From assembly GCA_965649825.1 (NCBI GenBank), contig OZ287696.1:1398081-1462080 (forward strand): a stretch of 64,000 bases of DNA. Direction: 5' to 3'. Both the position numbers and the translations under genes were made by a program. The notes below the pieces were generated by a model. The model was given only the letters and a program-made list of their open reading frames with translations. It made no database searches and was not told where the DNA came from. The DNA comes from Penicillus capitatus (Eukaryota; Plantae; Chlorophyta). Of this stretch, positions 45,565 through 57,055 are shown one piece after another (within the stretch, counting starts at the first letter, position 1; each line of letters begins with the position of its first letter).

Positions 45565-45990
45565 ATGCCTCCGAAAGCAAGGGTGCTGGCTGACTTCCCT
45601 GTTGCAACGTCTGTTTCAGCAAATCGAGTTTTTGACGCGCTTCTTGGTCGACATCTCCCGCCGCGTTATCTAACTGAACAAGAAAACATGGAACGCGTGC
45701 GGCGTTCGGCAGAAAGTACCGCAGACAGAGTGGTCTCCAAGAAGGATAAGAGGTTTTCTGAGTTGTACGGAGGAGTCGCGGACATGACGGTCGAAAAAGA
45801 ATCTCGCAGGAAAGGCAGAAAGAATCGTCGATGTCTGACTCTTCAACGATTCAATGATGGAACGCATCAACCTGCAGTATGGAACACTTCATCGATTCCT
45901 GAAGTGTCACTGTTCGAATGGTGTAAGTTCTGCAGAAAGAGAAACAAGCTGTGTTTAAGAATCTGTTCATTTTCAAGTACATTTAGTTGA
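45565..45990 (+). CDS. Unassigned 141-aa ORF
   Basis: ATG-initiated ORF in an otherwise gene-poor zone; no motif recognised. Confidence 0.2.
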   Translation: MPPKARVLADFPVATSVSANRVFDALLGRHLPPRYLTEQENMERVRRSAESTADRVVSKKDKRFSELYGGVADMTVEKESRRKGRKNRRCLTLQRFNDGTHQPAVWNTSSIPEVSLFEWCKFCRKRNKLCLRICSFSSTFS

Positions 45991-46926
45991 AGGACCCTTC
46001 TGTTAATGATCCATGGCAGTTTTCCAACAACCTTTTCGACTTTGAAAGGAGAAGAACAGAACCTGGTGAACCCTATGCATTTATTAATTAGTGCATAGGG
46101 TCATCACGACATCAGAGAGCCACTCGACGCATCGGCAATCGAGCAGCGAGCCTATCGTTAAGACGTGTGTCTGATGTAGCCCAGGTAGGCAGAGACATGT
46201 TAGCGTATTAATGACATGACGGTTGGTCAGAAGAGTCTGCACGGGGTGCAGGTTTGCATCCCATATAGAGGCACTGCAAGATATCGCCTTCCGACTCTCA
46301 ATCTATTTGATCAGCGTAAAAGATGCGAAAGACTTGGTTGTATCCACGCATCTCGCTGTCGGATCAGATCAGACATATCTTAGCTCCGCCGATGGGATGC
46401 ATGTATCTCTACTGAAGTTCAAAGAGATCCCAGAATATTGTAAAAGAACTTATTCCCTACGGTTATCCAGTGCGTTGTTGAGATCGCATGCAAAAGTATG
46501 CTGCTCATGCGACAGTAGTTAGTTAAGTAAAGCGACCACTACCATAAGAAACAACGTGTCCCCGAGAGCGGGATATCGACTTCAAGAGAGACATGCGAAC
46601 CAGCAATGCCTTGCTGGGTTCGAAGGGATCCCCTGAGAGGGGCGACAAGGTAGAATGCAATTCATCGATGCTCTGGATCTAAGTATTATCTTCCCGCATA
46701 TAAGACCCCGCGGCACCAAGACTGTGACCGTAACAGATTTCAGGGACATGAGATGGCCCAGGGGTGAAAAGAGGGAGCGGGTTTACTGCAGAAGCGTCTG
46801 TCCATCTCCATCGAGACTCGAGATCTGTCTGTGTCACCTCTGCCAGTTTCCTCGAAGTAGAACCTGTGCGACATAAGACAGGAAAACAACAAGAGACATC
46901 ACTCCCTTCCTCTTAGGTGCCATGAT

Positions 46927-47902
46927 TCATGATGGTACAATTGGGTAGGGATCACATAAGTGGATCGTCCGTTCTTGCGACAGGCAGTCGGGTGCCCCCC
47001 TCCCAGGCCATGCGACGCCTCGGGTGAAGTATAACGCCAGCCGCCGCCCGCAGAAAGCGGGGGCAACCCGACCCACAGCCTAAAGACAAAGGCAGGTCAG
47101 ACATAGCACATGAAAGAGAGAAAGGGAGCTTACCTGGGGGTGGCAGCAGCTTGCAGAGCTCGCTTCTGTCGCCATCCACAACCGAGACATTGGCCCGTAC
47201 AATGCCTCGCCTACACTCTCACTGTGCGTTCCCCCTTCAGCGCTGACCAAGGAGTCGAACGCACGCGCGCGCTAAGAGAAAAAAACAGAAAAAAGAGAAC
47301 AGAAAAAATGAAAAACACAAAAACAGAAAACACACATGCATGCAGATGACAACATGAATAAACAATCAGAAAGAGCAGGGGGCCGGCCTCAAGCCCAGAC
47401 AACACATAAACAAAAAAAAACAAACAAACATACACATGCAAAAACAAAAAAAAAAAAAGAATAAAAAAAACAATCAAAGAATTTCTACCCTCTACACATG
47501 AAAAGCAAGAATACTATCAAAGTAAAAAAATCTATCCCCTAAACGCAAAAATAAAAAACCCACCCGGGACAGAAAAAAAAACTAACAAAGTCGAGACCCT
47601 TATAGAAAAAAAAAATAAATTCGTGTCCCGGGTGGGGTCTCCAAGGTCGGCTGCCTCCAGAGTACTTACTACAACTCCAGATGCAGGGGGCTTGGACCAG
47701 CCCGGCGCTTCAGAGCAACGCCGCGTCCCACGCATATGCTCCGCCTGGTCCCCGCAGAGCTGCATTAGCCAGGCACCCCCTTCAGGCGACAGCTGCATCT
47801 GGAACATAAACACTGTAAGCAACTAAGTCAACATGAGAGTTCTCGAGTACTTACGTGGATTTCCCGAGGACGTCGCCGGCCGGGGAGGTTGGAGGGCGCC
47901 AT
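46927..47902 (-). CDS. Candidate 4-exon orphan gene (153 aa) with atypically strong splice signals
   Basis: Exons 47902-47855, 47792-47670, 47271-47134, 47079-46927. All introns are phase 0 with GTAAGT/GTAAGC donors and mostly T-rich acceptors. The frame is open from ACACATGGCG to TGA. No homology recognised. Confidence 0.35.
47559..47636. repeat. 13-bp perfect inverted repeat around an A-rich spacer
   Basis: CCCACCCGGGACA (47559-47571) and TGTCCCGGGTGGG (47624-47636). Confidence 0.8.
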
Positions 47903-49736
47903 GTGTCCGTTTCTGCCAGAATAAGCTGTCGCCGTTGCCCGGTTCGTTTTGATCTGCAGCAACAGACACGTCGTAAAAGAAAGGCGAAGTCGAAAAACTG
48001 GCTTACTTGGACCGAAGGCTGCGATTCATGCGCGCAGCCTGTATGCGTTGCATCGTCAAGGTTTGTCGGGCTTGTTATCCGGCCGCGCGACATTTGTATC
48101 TGCCGGCGCCGTTCGTGCGTCGAAGGTGACCCGCCCCGACCAATTTCTTTGCAGCTGTGTTGCAAGAGTATGGGCTTCGTCCGCAAGGCTACGAGGTAAA
48201 CCTACGATGGCGAAACCTGCGGGTTTGTTCGTCTTCCGCCCTCGAAACGAGGTCAGAAGAACGTTTGCTCCGCCGTTTGGAAAGACAAAGGAACAAACAG
48301 CGAGACGGTGAGGCAGTTCAAACCTGAGGATGTGGAAGCTCGATCGAAGAAAACAAAGGCGGATACAAAATACGTGTTCTGCCGTTCGCCGGGGCTTTAA
48401 ATCCGTGCGGCGGTTCGCAATCCGTCATCGGCGACGACGCTGAGCCAGAGATCAGAGTTCTACTACCGCTAACCTCCCCCTCACGGATCATCTTGAAAAC
48501 GACAAGCCGCTGCTGCAGCACTGACCACTGCGGGGACGGTTCAGCGTGATTTCGGAGGCACTGCGTCAAACAGGCCGACGTGGGACGACATCGAAAACTA
48601 GTATGTCCGCACGGTGTGCTTGTAGAGAACTGACTATCTTTGTTCGAGGAGTTGACGACCTGGCCGATCATCTGCGTTGAGCTTTGGGAGCGGTAAAACT
48701 GCACTGAGCTCCTTATGGAGCAATGAATTGCTTTTCTTAACCAGAGAGACCCACACGAAGTGGAACAGTCGAAAGCAGAGACGACATAAAACACAGACCG
48801 GTAGCTTTTCCTCGGCAGCTACGAAACACAAAAATGGAAAACCGCACCGATGCAGATTTGTCAAGTCAGGCGGTAGACTTTGATGTAACCGTCGGATTGG
48901 AACTCTCAATTCACTGCAGTGACAATTGCACTGGGCAGAATATAATCGTCTCCTGTTTACTGATGCCCGTTTTTCTTGATTGAACCTGCAGACTTTCAAT
49001 GCTTTCTTCTGAAGATAAAAGCTAGCTCTTTCTGATGGGAGGATGCATTCCTGAGATGAAGGCATCTCAGTTCGATGGGAAATGGCGGTTTTATCATTTT
49101 CATCTGGTCATGTTGTCTACTATGAGGCGGGGGCTCTTGTCATCATACTTTTCCTTGCCATGCATCCGACGAGGCTCCGGATACAATAACCCTATTTCAG
49201 ACATGGACTCCGCGTATCGAACAAATAGACAAAGAAATTACGGCGCGTCTTGTTGCTCCTGAGGGAAGAAGAAGCACATGCAGTCATTTTTCTTGTGGTA
49301 AACGGCGAAACGGAGAATTAATGAAATGTCTACACTCTGACCACAACGAGGACCTGCAATGTGCTCACAATGCTTGTGGATACATGGCTGCATGTTGTTT
49401 CTCTCGCAGGTCAGTGTTGCAGCAATTTCCTCTTGTGCTGTAGAGCTCGGCCTAAATCAGTCATACGTCATAACATCACCCTTTGCAGCAGGGGCAGCTA
49501 CTAAGAGAGACATCTGTCTGAACTAGATATTCCTTCACTAAATCGTTGCTTTGCAGACTTTTTCTTAGGGACTGCAATCATTCCATCGAACTAAATTGTG
49601 AATTTAAAAAGTATGTGTCGGAGGGCGGAATATCTGCGTCGCGGCCAGTTAACGCAACAATTGGTATAGCAAGGCATATCATAAACAGCCGGAGCCAGGA
49701 TTCTGGAAGAACGAAACCGATCCTATTTACCTATAC

Positions 49737-49788
49737 TCAAACGCGAAACATGACGGCAGGGTGCGAACTTGATGTGACAGGTGTCGTC
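49737..49788 (+). repeat. Direct repeat copy B
   Basis: Matches 43783-43840 with a 6-nt indel and a few substitutions. Confidence 0.85.
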
Positions 49789-49830
49789 TCATCACGTTGG
49801 ATGTGCATTTGTGATCGATCGTTTGCGTCC

Positions 49831-51392
49831 ATGTCGCTGTGCGTGGCGTGTCGCTCCGGCATTCGAATCGGTAATACAAAGGGCGACCTCTTCCCGCGCA
49901 GCTCACTTTGGCGTGCTCATCTGCGTCGCTGTGCTCCGAAATCTCTGCGAGAGCGACCTGTTTTTCTCAGAGGGAATCCTTTGGAACGCGTCGCCAAGAC
50001 TCTCGAAAACGAAAAGCAACTCGAGAGCACAAAGCTCCCATCGGACGTGCGGAAAAAAGTAGAATGGGCCGTGGAGTTACAAGGCCACCGTGTCACGGTG
50101 GGTGACGTGTCCGGCAAAGCAGGCGTTACACTTGCCGAAGCAGAAGACGCACTCAAAGCACTTGCAGCTGATTCACTCGGTACCCTAGAGGTCCATCCAT
50201 CCATACAAAATCACAGAGAGAAACAAGAGTGCTCCCGCTGTAGGTCTCCGCAGAAGGCGAGGTAGTCTATGTCTTTCCCAGAGACTTTCGAAATCAGATC
50301 CGCTCCAAGTCCTTCTTTCTCAGATGGGAACCTCGTCTCAAAGTGATGGCCTCCACTGCGGCATGGTTGGGACGTGTGGCGTTTGGCGTTTTCTTTGTGA
50401 CATCTGTCATCGCTGTATGGACAGCGATTCTGGTCATTGCTATGTCTGGAGACAAAGATGACAGTCGCAGCAGTCGAGGGTCGCGCAGCACCGCCGTCTG
50501 GTTCAATGTTATCGATATCATGCGTCTATTCTCGTACATGAATATGTATCGATCCTATGACGATAATCTTGAAGCGAGAAGAGATCCAAACCGAATGAAT
50601 TTCTTGGAATCGGTGTTCTCGTATATGTTTGGCGATGGTGATCCGAATGCGGAGTTTGATGATCTCAGATGGAACACTATTGGAAACTATATCCGATCGC
50701 ATGGAGGCGTCGTCGTGGCAGAAGAGCTGGCGCCATTTCTGGATCTTCCCGAAAAGACAGATGAGGAGTCCTTTGTTGTCGACGAAGGATTCATGCTGCC
50801 TGTGCTCACGCGTTTCGAGGGGGAGCCTGTTGTCAATGAACAGGGCCAGTTGGCGTATGTCTTTCCCAAGTTTCAGACCACAGCGATGTCATGGATGCCC
50901 AGAAAACAACCGCCGACAGCATCGCACCTGGCGGAACAGCGATGGCCGTTTTCGAAGGCGAAGGGGACACAATTGGCACTGGTGGCAACCTTTGCCGTTG
51001 CCAATGTCATCGGCGTGTCTATTCTTGACGGGATTGTCTACGAGCAGCTCGCTATGGGGGCCATCAGTGCTCCGGGATTGCCGTATCTCATGATGGCATT
51101 GCAGGTCTATGCCTGGTCTTTCTTTGCCATACCTGTCTTTCGATGGTTCATCAATCGATGGAGGAATCGCACGATCGACACTCGGAATCAAAGAAGAGCC
51201 AGAAGCGCCTCATCTCTCACTCTTCCATCAGCATCTCTGCGACAAAAACTCGAAAGCGCCCAGCGTCTAAAGAAACGTCAGTTTGTGAGCCGCAAAGACG
51301 TTGTGTTCTCTTCGTCGAGGGAGATGGACGAACAGACCAAGAAGTGGGAAGAGGAGGATTTTAAGCGCCGATTGAATGAGATTGGACAGTAG
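49831..51392 (+). CDS. Conserved plastid membrane protein, Arabidopsis At5g03900-like
   Basis: GHRVTVGDVSGKAGVTLAEAEDALKALAAD..GTLEV, VYVFP, RVAFGVFFVTS, FLESVFSYMFGDGDPN, GGVVVAEELAPFLD, VLTRFEGEPVV, YAWSFFAIPVFRW..N..I..RN..R. Confidence 0.85.
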
Positions 51393-51410
51393 TTGTAAAC
51401 GTCGTCTGTC

Positions 51411-52621
51411 ATGTCTCTCTTGCCGATGCCGATCGTCGCGTTATCGCATTTGAGAACGAGAGGCATCGCCGTCGATCGCCCCCGTCGTCTACGTCCACGA
51501 CGTGTCTCCCCGATCGTGCGACGTTTGCGACAACGCCTGACTGTCGAAGCGGCATCTCGCACAGATATGGGTCCACTGAAGTAAGAGTGTGTTCGTCACA
51601 CGAATGCTCTCGTCTTAGAGGAAGTCGTCCTCAGAGACGCAGCTATTGTTGCAGTGGACACATTTGTCGAAAGCGGAAACAGAATTGCGCTGGGGAGTGG
51701 AGAAATGGTGTGAATGTGTTGAGTGTATACAGGACGCTGATGCCTATCGTTTAGAGTTCCTGCATTTTTCAGTACTTAAGAGAATGTGTGGATGTCAAAT
51801 CTCTCGAAGACATTGTCTGCATCACCACAACTGAAGCAGCGGCAACTGAAGCTGCTTTTCAAGGACTCCCTCAGGCCACATACGGCGAGACAGAGCATGT
51901 GTGTCGCATCTAACGGAGAAAAAAAGACACCGTGTGTTGTGTAGGTCGACGTGATGTTTCAAGAGGTTGATGAAGTGGATGCACAGTCAGGTGCCTTCAT
52001 CTTCGGTCGCAAGAATGAGCCCACACAGCCGCAGATCATGAAAACACGCCTCGTCATGGCAAAGGCCAAGCAGTGCATTGGACTTATCGATTCAGAAGAA
52101 AAAGTATGTCTTTTGATTGAGACAATCGACGATTCTTACAGACCTGTCACATCATAGATGATGGATCGATTAAGTGGATCCGTGCCAGTCTTCGTGGAGG
52201 AAGAGGGATGGGAAGACACGGCAGAAGAGATCGATGATATGTTCCTTCCAAACGCTGAAATCTGGTAAACGCCCGGACAGAAAGAAATGGTTTCCATGCA
52301 TGGCACCAGGAGACGTCCAACGTCAGGAGAGGCCGATCCAAGAGGTGGTCCGCATCCTTACGTCTCGCCCGAAGGGCACAATATACTTGAGATCCGATTC
52401 GGTACGAACTTACCTTCAGCATCGGCATGGACGAGTAGTACTGGCCAACAGATGGGCCTGTGAAACTCGAGGGGGAAGAGTGCTCTTACGAGCAGATCTC
52501 CAAAGGAATCTACTCTGTAAACGGCGTCGTGACGCACGGATTGTTCCACGATGTTCTCAAAAGCGGCGTGGTGGCGTCTCCTCTTGGGCCGCGGATTGTT
52601 GAATGGGTAGGCGGGGTGTGA
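51411..52621 (+). CDS. Ribose-5-phosphate isomerase-like protein (plant RPI4-type), plastid-targeted
   Basis: Transit-like N-terminus; AVDTFVESGNRIALGSGEM; EVDEVD; SVPVFVEEEGWEDTAEEIDDMFL..AEIW-RR; YVSPEGHNILEIRF; GVVTHGLF. Confidence 0.75.
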
Positions 52622-52681
52622 GGATGGCGGATCGCGTGATGTGTTTCTCTAGGAGAAGGAATCCAGCAATACGTTGACAGA

Positions 52682-53579
52682 TTAGAGGGTGGATATTGCT
52701 TTTGTTCGAACACTGTTGTAGTGTGCCCCATGTCGATAGGCATGTTGCATGAAACATAACCGAATGGGCGATCCTTCAAAGCTCTCTCCGACGATCTTCT
52801 CTCCCAGATCTACCGTGTGAATGATCAGTCTCTTCTGCAGCTTCTCACTTAATGCCTGAATCTCCAATTCTCCTCCCCACTCTGTTGTCGACGCAATATT
52901 GTCACAGTGTCGCAGAAAGGACACTTCTGCTGCCTCCCGAACACAGAAGGGCGCATACTGCTCACTGCGAGTGCGAAGCTCTTCTGCCGCTATCTCCCTC
53001 AACGCCTGAAAACTCCACCAACCGCCAGTACCTCTCTGAAATGCCTTTTCTAACAGTCAACGCACTTTTGAGTGACATCTGTTAGTTGGCAGAGTTGATC
53101 TTCGATCGCTTTGAAGAGGCAATGTCCATCGGGACGGATTTCATACATACAGTATCCGATGGCATTGAGGCGTTCCTTGAGGCTTTGCTCTTCGCTTTGC
53201 CGCTCAGTGACCCCCAACTGCTCGAGATCTTCCCGAATTCGTGCCTCCCGTTCTTCCAATCGTTTTGCCTCCTTCTCTGGACGCTTCTGAGCTTTGGATT
53301 TCTTTTCGCTGCGCAGCGACGGATCTTCAAGAGACAACTTCTCTGTCTCCTCTGTCCTCTCCTCCAATGACTCTTCATCTCTCGCCCGAATCGCCTCCAG
53401 TTCACGTTCATGTCTCGTTCGGACACTGTCAATACAGTCCGTCGCATCCTGTTTCTTCTTTTCGCCCGACTTCGCCGCTTCTTTCTTCGCGGCATTCATT
53501 CTTTTTTGTGACGCTCACGCACTAGAGACTTGGTCTTGATGGCTAGGTCGACGGTCGATTCGTCGCGTTTCGTAGCCAT
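52682..53579 (-). CDS. OTU-domain deubiquitinase, OTUD6B-like (apparent 1-nt frameshift near 53499, or start at 53499)
   Basis: RHERELEAI coiled coil; catalytic EIRPDGHCLFKAIEDQL; WGGELEIQALS; HAYRHGAHYNSV. Confidence 0.85.
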
Positions 53580-53929
53580 TTGAGCATCGATTGGCGCTTC
53601 GCCTTCCTCTTCGGACGCACTCGGTAATGAAACGGCATCGTTGTTTACTGAAATCTCGGCGATACGCGTTTGCTTCGCGAAAACTTTCATGCCACCGCCG
53701 CCTCCTTTCTTGACGTGACCCTTCCGTTTGTGATATTGGAGGAATCCTTGAAACTTCAGGCTTTCTGTTAGGACCGATAGGCTCGGCGATTGGTCCGAGC
53801 GCTTAGAGGCCGCGATGCGAGAAGAGCCAGACGGGTATTCTTTACAGGTGAAGCCGTACGTGAATATATAGGATAACGTCACGTCATTCGACAGTGACGT
53901 TCCATGCTCTAACATATCGAAACAGAATT

Positions 53930-54837
53930 AGTGTTAATGGACAATTACGCCATTGTTACTCAAAATTTCTGATTCCGGGCAGTTCCGATGTGATAACAGC
54001 CTCTTCTCCCTTTGCTGCATTCAGTGCCGCTTCGTTGACCAGATATATAGTTCTGCGCCGCTGAATGTGCGTGTCTGATGGGCCAGTTTGTCGGTATCCA
54101 CCGTCATTGTCCATGGGTTTGTTTTTTTAGATAGTACTCCAGTATCCCGCGACACCTACAAACATCGGGAAGAGGTACATGAATGTGTCGATCAAAACGA
54201 TATGCTCTTGTCAACGCAGCATCCAGGGACAGATTCCAATCTGTGTCCACCGCATAGGTCCTGTAACATGATGTTGGATGAGAATAGGCAGGATCAGCAA
54301 ACAGAATTCTCACCTCCAGGTCTTTCAGTAGACGTTTGACAGATCGATGATCCCTCTCATCTGTTGATCCACCCTGCTTTGCGTACTCGGCCAGTCTTTC
54401 GCTGAATACAGGTACTTTCATCTACTCCACGATCACCTCTTCATTGGTTTCTTAGTTCCCTGAATCCACTTTCTCTATCACCTCTTGAGGGTACGTTTCA
54501 TTGAGAAGTCTCAGGTGCTCCGCATTCTTGCTTAATCATGAGCAGTAGAGCAGAGGCTAGAGACTGACCAAAGTGTACTTGGATCTTCTTGTGCAGCTTC
54601 GCTTGCCAGTTTAAGCTTTCTCAGCCGCTGCTGTCTCTGCCATGCCGGTAATCGTGTTATCCAGCCAAACAGAAAACTAACGAGTTCCCAGAAGAGCCGA
54701 ACAATGGGCTTAAGAAACTCCGACGGTTTGAAATGAAAATACTGGTCATCCTTATCCACCGACCCTGTCACGACTGTAGACTTCGGTTTCGAAACGACCG
54801 GGGCGGCGTTTAAGCTTTCTCCTGTTCCGTCTGGCAC
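53930..54837 (-). pseudogene. FtsH11/YME1-like AAA protease relic with nonsense codons, a frameshift and a large internal deletion
   Basis: WQRQQRLRKLK..EAAQEDP, HLRLLNETYPQEVIEKVDSGN*...VE*MK (N-terminal region) runs almost directly into LDAALTRAYRFDRHIHVPLPD..GILEYYL and FSGAEL/LVNEAALNAA. Walker A/B not found. Confidence 0.75.
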
Positions 54838-55259
54838 TGAAGCTGTTGCGAATGTATGTCAAGAGAACCAGGACGCACGTCTGTCATTCGTACGGTACAC
54901 GAAGTGTCGGTCTTTTTGAAGGATTCGGGTTACGGTGCGTGGGTGGGAGTGAGCAAAAAGAGATCGCGTCCTTCGAGTCTAATAATGTCTAGGCCGGACG
55001 TAGAAGTAGTGTCGTAAAGAACATTGAGCTTGCATGACTCGAAACGAAATGCAAAAAACTGTTGTTGATTGCGCTGACGTTTGTTTCATTACCCGAAATG
55101 CGTACAGGACGCCGCGAATACGAAAAAGCGTTCAGACGAGTAGACGTCGTTTAACGAAAGCTTGCACTGAAGTTAAGTTTATTTTTTGGCTTTTTACAAA
55201 ACTAGTCTTTTAGGGCAACAATCTGTCAAGACAAGCGAGTCACCGACACGCTAAGGAAA

Positions 55260-55980
55260 CCGCGAAGAAACTGATAAAAGAATATGCAGAGGTAAGCTAG
55301 TTTTGTTTAAAAAACTAAACTCTTTTGTTTAGATGGAAAGACAAGTGAACAGATCTGCCAAGAAAACAAAAAAAGAGAGAAGCGAGAAGCGGTCGTGCTA
55401 TCATCCAGTTATCCGACGAACCGAATGATTTCGGTTTTCGAATCAGCGAATGACGAAGCATTCTCGAAGACAGTATACGTCACAGGCTTCAATCAAAGAT
55501 CGTCCAAAGGACAACTCAAGACGACCTAGAACTAGAAGACCTCTTTAAACAAGCGGGAACGGTGAAAGACATCTTCTCACAAGAGACGGAGATTTGTTGT
55601 CGAATATGCTTTTGTGGAATTTGAAAGCATGGTCACGGAAGTAAGTCGTAATCTTGTTTTTTATTGCTTGATTGTCGATATAGAAAAAGCCTTGGAGAGT
55701 TCCAGGTAACAATTTGGAAGGAACACAAGACTGACGATCCGACAAGCTACGCGAAGCCACTCAGACGACGATGCCCATTCCGCCACCATCGATGCCCCCT
55801 GCCAGGAGGAGATCGACGGAGACCGTGACGAGAAAATCGATTGATTCTGCTCTGACGCATCTCGCCAGAGAAGCCGTCTTGACCGTGCAAAGAACGGTAG
55901 CGGACGGGGAAAGTCGCAAAGTCCTACGCCGTGGTCGCACAGACGCGTAACGAAAAACGGAGGAGACAGCACTGAGTCGA
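55260..55980 (+). pseudogene. Decayed RRM-containing gene
   Basis: RNP2-like KTVYVTGF, then DLELEDLFKQAGTVKDI and RNP1-like YAFVEFES in different frames, with an intervening TAG. Confidence 0.5.
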
Positions 55981-56510
55981 TGCAAGGACTACAGGGCTGG
56001 GTGTACAGTCAGCTTCATACCCGTGGTGGCCCACGGCCTGGCGTCACGTCGCGGAGCTGCGACGTGTCCAGTCAGCGGGCCCAAACTGAGTCAGACCGTC
56101 TCATCAGTGACCGTTCGCTGTTTCGATAATAGTGATTAACTATTATCGAAACCGTGAAATTCCATAGTTTGCAAGCCGCGGTTAGTTTTCCTGTTCCGTT
56201 TTGTTATCTTAGTTTGCTTTCAGAGGAATGCACTCGGACGCCGCGGCGAACTTTTCCAAAGAAACTCTAAACTTGTTATTAAACAATCTCATCCTTAAGA
56301 ACAAAGTGAAAGCATGGTTGCCTAACGATCTTTTTGTCGTACGAATGAGCTCTCCGGCGAACGGACAAAGCTCATCGACCGCGAAGGCGCGACGATGCCG
56401 CGAGGCAGAACCGTGAAATCAAGGAAGCGAAGCTCGCTACAATCCGTGCTTGGTGTCAGAAGCTTGGCGTACAGGGTTACCAAAAGAAGACAACAGCAGA
56501 CGATTTGCGT

Positions 56511-57054
56511 CGCCTGATCCGGCTGGGCCACGTCCGCGAAGATGACATCGACCATCGGAACCAGCATCCGATACTTGAGCGGATGCCGCGCATCTTCGAT
56601 GATGGGAATCACATTCGGTCGCTGCTTACACATGTTGAGCAGATCCCTTCCTGCAGCAGCACAGCATCGCGCACTGAATGGAGTGCCGATTCCCAGAGAG
56701 GGATCACCGCTTCGATGCGAAAACTCAACCGCATACACAATGCCTTCGGGTCCGACGATGTCCGAACAGTGCGAGACTGTGGTGCCCGAGGCGGCTCCGA
56801 GGTATAGCAGTTTGCAGCCAGGCTTCATGTGGATCTCGCCGATGCCTGCCAGTATCCCTGCGGCCAGTTTGGATCGAAAGGGATTCCAGACTCGGTATTC
56901 GATCTTCTGTTTTTCGTCTCCCTCTCCAACCTGACGGACGAAAGAGTGGGAAGTGTGAGGTGACAGGTGCCGATCTGATCTGATCATCTACCTCCACTTC
57001 AACTTTCTTCTCTCCGTAGACGGTGACTCCCGGAACGAAATTTTTCGTCACCAA
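56511..57054 (-). pseudogene. Partial intron-containing duplicate of the fibrillarin gene (copy of 61487-62030)
   Basis: 544-bp near-identical block including introns; differs by a few substitutions and two 5-bp intronic indels. Lacks the GAR N-terminus and the C-terminus. Confidence 0.93.
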
Positions 57055-57055
57055 G

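Noticed and set aside
46070-46101. 10-bp perfect hairpin ACCCTATGCA/TGCATAGGGT with an AT-rich loop (and a similar small stem near 46596-46622)
   Set aside because: Too short to distinguish from chance in 64 kb; no Helitron CTRR end or tRNA fold associated.
47126-47140. CTTACCTGG resembling the 5' end of U1 snRNA
   Set aside because: It lacks the ATA start and any further U1 structure or Sm site. It is simply the reverse complement of a consensus donor, CCAG|GTAAG.
54422-54454. In-frame TAA and TAG at Tyr-aligned positions in the FtsH11-like sequence (and TAG at a Trp position in the OPR relic), suggesting stop-codon reassignment
   Set aside because: Intact genes end at TAA or TAG (SCYL1, TFIIS, At5g03900-like, pol) and their long ORFs contain none internally. 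These loci also have frameshifts and deletions, so they are pseudogenes under the standard code.
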